NCBI GenBank assembly: GCA_019648995.1
Contig: BLXT01007869.1
Coordinates: 150,486-178,911, forward strand
Reading direction: 5' to 3'
DNA from: Plakobranchus ocellatus
Lineage: Eukaryota
DNA: 28,426 nt
Part shown: in pieces, positions 23,489-28,426 of the stretch
Layout: the number at the start of each line of letters is the position of its first letter
Position numbering within the stretch: the stretch's first letter is position 1
Made by a program: the position numbers and the translations under genes
Notes under the pieces: generated by a model
What the model saw: the letters and a program-made list of their open reading frames with translations, nothing else
Databases searched by the model: none
Told to the model about the DNA's origin: nothing

Positions 23489-23666
23489 GCATGCATGCTG
23501 ACATTTTACCCGGAGTTTGAGCTGGAGGAGTTGGCAGAAGGGGAGATTACTGTTGCCATGGACATGTCTAACTCCATGAAGGGGACACAAATCTTGAAAC
23601 TGGCACTCCTTGTTCTTCAGAATATCCCACAGGGTTTCAGATTTAACGTCATCCGCTTTGGCTCAG
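23489..23666 (+). CDS. PARP4: PARP4 exon 18 (ACMLTFYPEFELEELAEGEITVAMDMSNSMKGTQILKLALLVLQNIPQGFRFNVIRFGS-). Start of the vWA domain (MIDAS-like DMSNS).
   Basis: Acceptor cctattctag|GCA. Matches human 'ACMLVFQPDLDVDLPDLASESEVIICLDCSSSMEGVTFLQAKQIALHALSLVGEKQKVNIIQFGT'. Donor G|GTAACT, phase 1. Confidence 0.9.
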
Positions 23667-24359
23667 GTAACTTGTTCTGGACATCGTTGTTTTTTATTGT
23701 GAAGCATTTTATTTATCTCGTTGGGAAACTTAGGAGAAAAAAAAATGACATAAAAATTACATATACTCTCTTCTTTGATTAGCATTAAAAAGGGTCTAAT
23801 GAGAAAAAAAAAATATATTAAAATTTAAAGTTTTAAATTCTTTATGTTCTTTTTATGAAAAGATAGAGCTGAAGTTGGATATTATTTTGGTTAAATTTTT
23901 TGGGTGTAGATGTCGAAGTAGGAAATTTTCCTTTCCAAGTGCATTTGGCAATTTAAGAGCATAATGAGTTTTCCTAACTCAGAACCCTCACATAAATGTT
24001 TTGGCCAAATATGGAAAATTGTAGTTTTGAGGAGAGCACCTCGCAAGTTTAATGACTGATTTAATTACATCTTGGCTGAAAATCAACTTAGTATGAAGCA
24101 CTTTTCTTACGATGGCAAAGCTTGCAGAGAGTAGTCTTAAAAAATATTTCAATGATTTAAGGCGTGCTTCATAAAAAAACCAATAGGCCCTGTATGAATC
24201 TGGTTGGTTGATTCTGATGTCCAATGAAGAAAAACTTTACTCTTGTTTTGCTTTTGATGTTTTCTCTAGTTGCATTCCCTGTATTAGGAAAAAGTGATGC
24301 TAATTTCTTATATTTTGTGTGAAATGCTTTTTTTTTTAAACGATTTGTCATTAATCCAG

Positions 24360-24433
24360 ACTATGAGGAATTGTTTCCTGCACCAAAGTTAAGAACAGAT
24401 GACACCGTGGAACAGGCCAAACAATTTATTGAG
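24360..24433 (+). CDS. PARP4: PARP4 exon 19 (DYEELFPAPKLRTDDTVEQAKQFIE). vWA.
   Basis: Acceptor ttaatccag|AC. Matches human 'GYKELFSYPKHITSNTTAAEFIM'. Donor GAG|GTATTT. Confidence 0.85.
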
Positions 24434-24509
24434 GTATTTTATTTTTCTGTACTCTTTTTAAGATACATATGATTATTACTGTCATTGTTTTTGTCGAATT
24501 TGAAGTTTC

Positions 24510-24630
24510 ATATATTTTCTATCAATTTGAAATAACTAAATAATCAGGAACTACAATGAGTTTCGAAAAAATATATTTTCTATCAATATAAAATAACTAA
24601 ATAATCAGGCACTAGAATGGGTTACAAAAA
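24510..24630 (+). repeat. Tandem duplication, 2 x about 60 bp ('atatattttctatcaat.t.aaataactaaataatcagg.act..aatg.gtt.c.aaaaa'), in PARP4 intron 19.
   Basis: Two adjacent near-identical copies were read directly. Confidence 0.85.
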
Positions 24631-25071
24631 TAATTTAACACACTTCTAAACTAAAATCTCTTATCATCCATGTTTGTGATTGTATGTGTGTCCCTAGTCC
24701 TGGCTTCATCCTTTTTTATCCTCTAAAATCTGACCGAAAAACTTATTAGGGGTAGCATTCTTTCTCTGTTTTTTTTTTTTTTTTTTTTGTCTTTTGTTAT
24801 TTTTGGAAATCTTGTTTAATAACTTGACTGCAATAAGGTCAACTTCATCCAGTTAAGAATGCTTAAATTTTATCAATTTCATCTTGTTTCTTGTTTGGCC
24901 TGTGCATTAAGGTTCTGATGCATAGAAACCATGTAAAGAATCTAGGCATAAAATGCAAATGCTCTTTGTAAATCAAAAATATAGATTTGGGTGTATATAT
25001 CTTTTCTATTCTTGAGTAGTAATTTGTTGACTCTGCAGTGTTGTGGCTAACATGCAAATTATTATTTCCAG

Positions 25072-25277
25072 TCATCAAGGATTAACTTGGGCAGCACAGA
25101 TTTCCGTAACGCACTTCACCCTCTGCATCTCCTGCCACCTGGAGATGGCTCTAGCGGATCAACTTCTCCCAGGAATGTTTTCTTGTTGTCAGACGGACAT
25201 CTGATTCAGGAGAGCCAGGTTCTGGCAGAAGCAGCTCGGCATGGCTGGCATACACGTGTCTTCACGTTTGGTGTCAG
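25072..25277 (+). CDS. PARP4: PARP4 exon 20 (SSRINLGSTDFRNALHPLHLLPPGDGSSGSTSPRNVFLLSDGHLIQESQVLAEAARHGWHTRVFTFGV-). vWA.
   Basis: Acceptor ttatttccag|TCA. Matches human 'SATPTMGNTDFWKTLRYLSLLYPARGSRNILLVSDGHLQDESLTLQLVKRSRPHTRLFACGI'. Donor AG|GTAATT, phase 2. Confidence 0.9.
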
Positions 25278-26306
25278 GTAATTTTTTTGATTTGAAAAAG
25301 AGATTTGAAAAAATAAATTCAGTTTCCAGGAGGCGAAACCCTTTAATCATTAGCTTTTGTCCTCTTTTTGTCAAAATTTTGTCCTTTTGCTTGCCAGCAA
25401 CAAAATAAATATTTTCTATTTCCGCACTGCATCTTTATGTTTTCGAATACTAAGGCTAAGTTCATAAAAATGCATCATCCTGAGAAAAAGAATATCTGCT
25501 TTGTTTAGGATAGTCTAGATTTCTGATGATAACAATGATGTTTCTAAACACACACCTGCTCCGGTCAGTCAAGCTGATGCTTCCACCATTACACATTGGT
25601 TTAGTTCTTAAAATGTTAATAAAAGAGTGGACATCTCGCCCTCTCTAAATGAATAGGAGACGTTAGAAGAAAGTTAGATAAGGAGAAATTCATAATGGAT
25701 TTTTGTGTCCTGCAGCAAATACACTACTAGATGATATCAGACTGTTTGGCTTTTGTCTGGCTTGGAGTCAGTGACAGGCTCAAACCCACACAAGGAGGGT
25801 CGTTGAGATTTAAAAGCAAGTTCATAAACAATCGTGCCACCAAGATCCATTGCTTGTCATTGACATTGTAAATAGGCTACAGATGGCAGCAGGGAAAAAA
25901 AATTTATGGCAGTATTTGAAAGCAGAAAGCAAATGGTAGAATGTGATTACCAGTGTCGACCTTAAATCTAGACTTTGATGAAAATGAATGTTTTATATGT
26001 GTGTGTGTGTGTCAACCTGCATTAACAGGACATATTTTTAAATGAGATACAAGACATATAGTAATATGAAAATATTCAGGACCTAATAAAAGATAGATTT
26101 AAAGAGAGCTATGTAACTTATATCTAATGAAGTCAATTTTTCTATTTTATCTTTGGTGATATCAATTACTGCAGTTTTTAACACATTTACTATTTTTCCT
26201 TTTTTATAAAGGCTAAATCAGATATTGAACATGTTGCATTAGCAGCAGGAACACCAAGCACTTGTATGGCATTATTATTTTGTCATGGTTTGAATTTCTT
26301 GTACAG

Positions 26307-26406
26307 CCCTACCTGCAACAGTCACACGTTGAGAGCTCTGGCCAGAGTCTCGGCTGGAGCTTATGAATACTTTGATCCAAAAACCAAGTCAAAATGGGAA
26401 CCTAAG
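26307..26406 (+). CDS. PARP4: PARP4 exon 21 (SPTCNSHTLRALARVSAGAYEYFDPKTKSKWEPK). vWA.
   Basis: Acceptor tttcttgtacag|C. Matches human 'GSTANRHVLRILSQCGAGVFEYFNAKSKHSWRKQ'. Donor AAG|GTAAAA. An alternative acceptor at 26320 would drop 4 aa but keep the frame. Confidence 0.8.
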
Positions 26407-26964
26407 GTAAAATAAATTTTTGTTGTTGGGTATTTTTTTAAGGGGGAGGGAGGGGAGAGGGGAGGAGGAGGGTTTTTTTAAAATTTGTTTTACCAAAGAC
26501 CTTATTACAGCTAAAATTTTTTTTAGTAGATAGCATAAAGTGAAAAGTGCAGTGAAGTATCTTACTATAGTGTCTCTCCTACCCTATTGTTATGCTGCAC
26601 ATGGTATAGGTATCTCCTTTTTTTTTTTAATATAGCAATGCTTAACTTTTCCCGTATTTTTGAGACTATGTCTTTATTTTATTTCGCATTTTGCTTGTTT
26701 TTATCATTTGGCAAATGTAGTGCACCTGCTAAACACTGAGTAGAACCATGAAAGCAAGGAATTTTGAATTGGTTTTTAGATTTGTCAAAAGTAAAAGTAA
26801 AATTTTTAAAATTTCTGTTGGTAAAATTCATAAGATTCTTAACCTTAAATTCCACTTTTGAAGTTTGCACAAAACAATTTCAAATAATTAACAGAAAAAT
26901 TGTGACATTCTGCACTGCAGGTAGAGAACTTAACTTTGATAAATTATAACACTCTGCACTACAG

Positions 26965-27135
26965 GTAAAGAGCCAGATGACCAAAGCCATGCAGCCTGGC
27001 CTGACCTCTGTGTCAGTCGAATGGCGGCAGTATGATGAGAATCTCCCCCCACCGGTTCAAGCTCCACGCCAGATCACAGCACTCTTCAGTGGCTCTCAGC
27101 AGATTGTGTACGGCTATGTGCCCAATTGCACCATG
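26965..27135 (+). CDS. PARP4: PARP4 exon 22 (VKSQMTKAMQPGLTSVSVEWRQYDENLPPPVQAPRQITALFSGSQQIVYGYVPNCTM)
   Basis: Acceptor ctgcactacag|GTA. Matches human 'IEDQMTRLCSPSCHSVSVKWQQLNPDAPEALQAPAQVPSLFRNDRLLVYGFIPHCTQ'. Donor ATG|GTAAGG. The gene continues beyond the window, and no further exon was recognised in 27136-28426. Confidence 0.9.
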
Positions 27136-28426
27136 GTAAGGTGTACAAAAAGGTCATTATTTATTGGGAGAGAGAGGATGAGCTAGGAATGAATGAAAGA
27201 GAGGAAGGAGGGACTGAGGAAAAGAGAGAGGGAGAGCAAATAAACAAAAAGAATGGACAAATAAGCAGATTATCAGAGAGGGGAGGGCAGATAACCAGGC
27301 CAATAAATACAGAGAACAGATAAACAAGCAAATTGACGATCCTAATCCGGTTTTTCCGGCTCAAAATATTATTACAATTGGACCTTAAGCTGGTAAAACT
27401 AGCTCAGTATAAATGGGTTGATATTTGTATGAAGTACTAAATGTATATTAACTTATTTTTGCACATGGGCGAGATTCACACTTCTCTTCTTTTTTCACAA
27501 AGTTTGAACATAGAAATAGTTGTTTACATATATATTTTGTTCCATTTTCAATCTATATGTGCATCAGGGACTGTAATTTATCAAATTGATAGCAATTTCT
27601 ATTTTTGCTATAAATCAAAAAGTATTCAACCATTTTTCACAATTTTTGGTATTAAAATGCCTATGTAATCACAATTTATAAAAATCTACCTTTCAAAGCC
27701 AATAGATTATCAGTAGATTTAGCATTATGTTATACATTGTCATTTTTATTGAAAATTTTTTTACAAATTTTTTTATCCAGTTTGCCGTTTTTCCAAAAAT
27801 GAAATAAAGAACAATATTTCTTTTTTGGTGTTTATTTATAGAAACTAGATTCAATTCCCTTCAATTTGATATATAATTTGTATGGTTTTACTTTATAGAA
27901 AAGTCCTATATTAGCTTTTTACAAAATGATAGCCAATTTTTGAATAATCTCATTCTACCCCTCTGCCCAGTCACAAAGTATGTGTTTGTAGTGAATCAGT
28001 TAAGAGAGAGGGTTAGAGAAAGGGTTGGGGGAAAATGAAGGAGGAGAGAAAGGGAGTGATTCCAAGAGAAAAAGACAGACAGTTTAGTGTACAAAGACAA
28101 AGAGAATAACAGTGAATCACTGCTTTTTCTCAACCCGGACAATGATAATGTATCTCTCATCAAAAAAGCCAAGCCCACACAAATTCCCTTGCTCTATCTC
28201 AAGTAAAAATTCAGCATTCAATTCATAACTCTTCTTGTATTGAGAGGTTGAAAAAGGCAACCACTAACTAAAGCTTCTATTAAAAAAAAAAAAGAAAAGA
28301 AAGTAACACAGATGGTCGTTTAAATGGTTTGACTTATTATACCTTCATCAATAATTAGGGAAGAACAATAAAGAATACAGCTATGATGGCTAGAATATTA
28401 CCACAAGAAAACGGGGATGACTACAA

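Noticed and set aside
26320-26406. A shorter version of exon 21 starting at acceptor caacag|T (26320).
   Set aside because: It is in frame, but the upstream acceptor (26305-6) has a better pyrimidine tract, and it restores the human-length 'GIGSTAN'-equivalent segment (SPTCNSH).
27161-28178. GA-rich low-complexity tracts giving the ORFs 27126-27323, 27161-27364 and 27996-28178.
   Set aside because: They are purine-rich simple sequence inside the intron following exon 22. There is no coding signal.
28380-28426. 'ct ATG ATG GCT AGA ATA TTA CCA CAA GAA AAC GGG GAT GAC TAC' at the window edge, as a possible next PARP4 exon.
   Set aside because: It is not in a phase compatible with exon 22 (phase 0) without hitting TAG/TGA. 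The resemblance to human 'KTTGTMIHK' is too weak to call.
1-28426. Prokaryotic-style features: operons, CRISPR, defence systems, rRNA or tRNA.
   Set aside because: The sequence has spliceosomal GT-AG introns and metazoan gene homologues. No tRNA cloverleaf candidates or repeat-spacer arrays were seen. It is not a prokaryotic locus.

Overview
This is eukaryotic (metazoan, probably invertebrate) nuclear DNA, not a prokaryotic locus. Introns are AT-rich with canonical GT-AG boundaries, and there are microsatellites and minisatellites. Two protein-coding genes sit head-to-head. (1) On the minus strand, five 5' coding exons (880-6165) of a class I histone deacetylase closest to HDAC8. The conserved motifs found are: the N-terminal YIYSPEY/LAKIPKR-like stretch, SLIEA, the FHxxxYxxFL segment, YDCP...WHHAK and FCYxND...DxDxHHGDG. 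Its first coding exon is unusually long, about 300 codons, mostly a Ser/Glu/Lys-rich low-complexity extension in front of the deacetylase core. The gene continues beyond position 1. (2) On the plus strand, the first 22 coding exons (7991-27135) of a PARP4/vault-PARP (vPARP) orthologue. They encode an N-terminal BRCT-like region, a PARP catalytic domain with an intact H-Y-E triad, a VIT domain (nearly identical to human 'AKY.FPL...AAVCGFEAFINGKH.VGE.KEKE') and the start of a vWA domain (DxSxS MIDAS-like motif). The gene continues past the window end. The two start codons are about 1.8 kb apart (6166-7990), which would fit a shared bidirectional promoter region. All exon coordinates were derived by hand translation, frame/phase bookkeeping and remembered alignment to human PARP4/HDAC8. 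Boundaries could be off by a few nucleotides in places, notably the exon 15 donor. I found no CRISPR arrays, rRNA, tRNA or prokaryotic-type systems. The remaining signals are intronic repeats: (TC)n, minisatellites, AGATCTAGA-type palindromic repeats, and a possible SINE/TE fragment at the 5' end.
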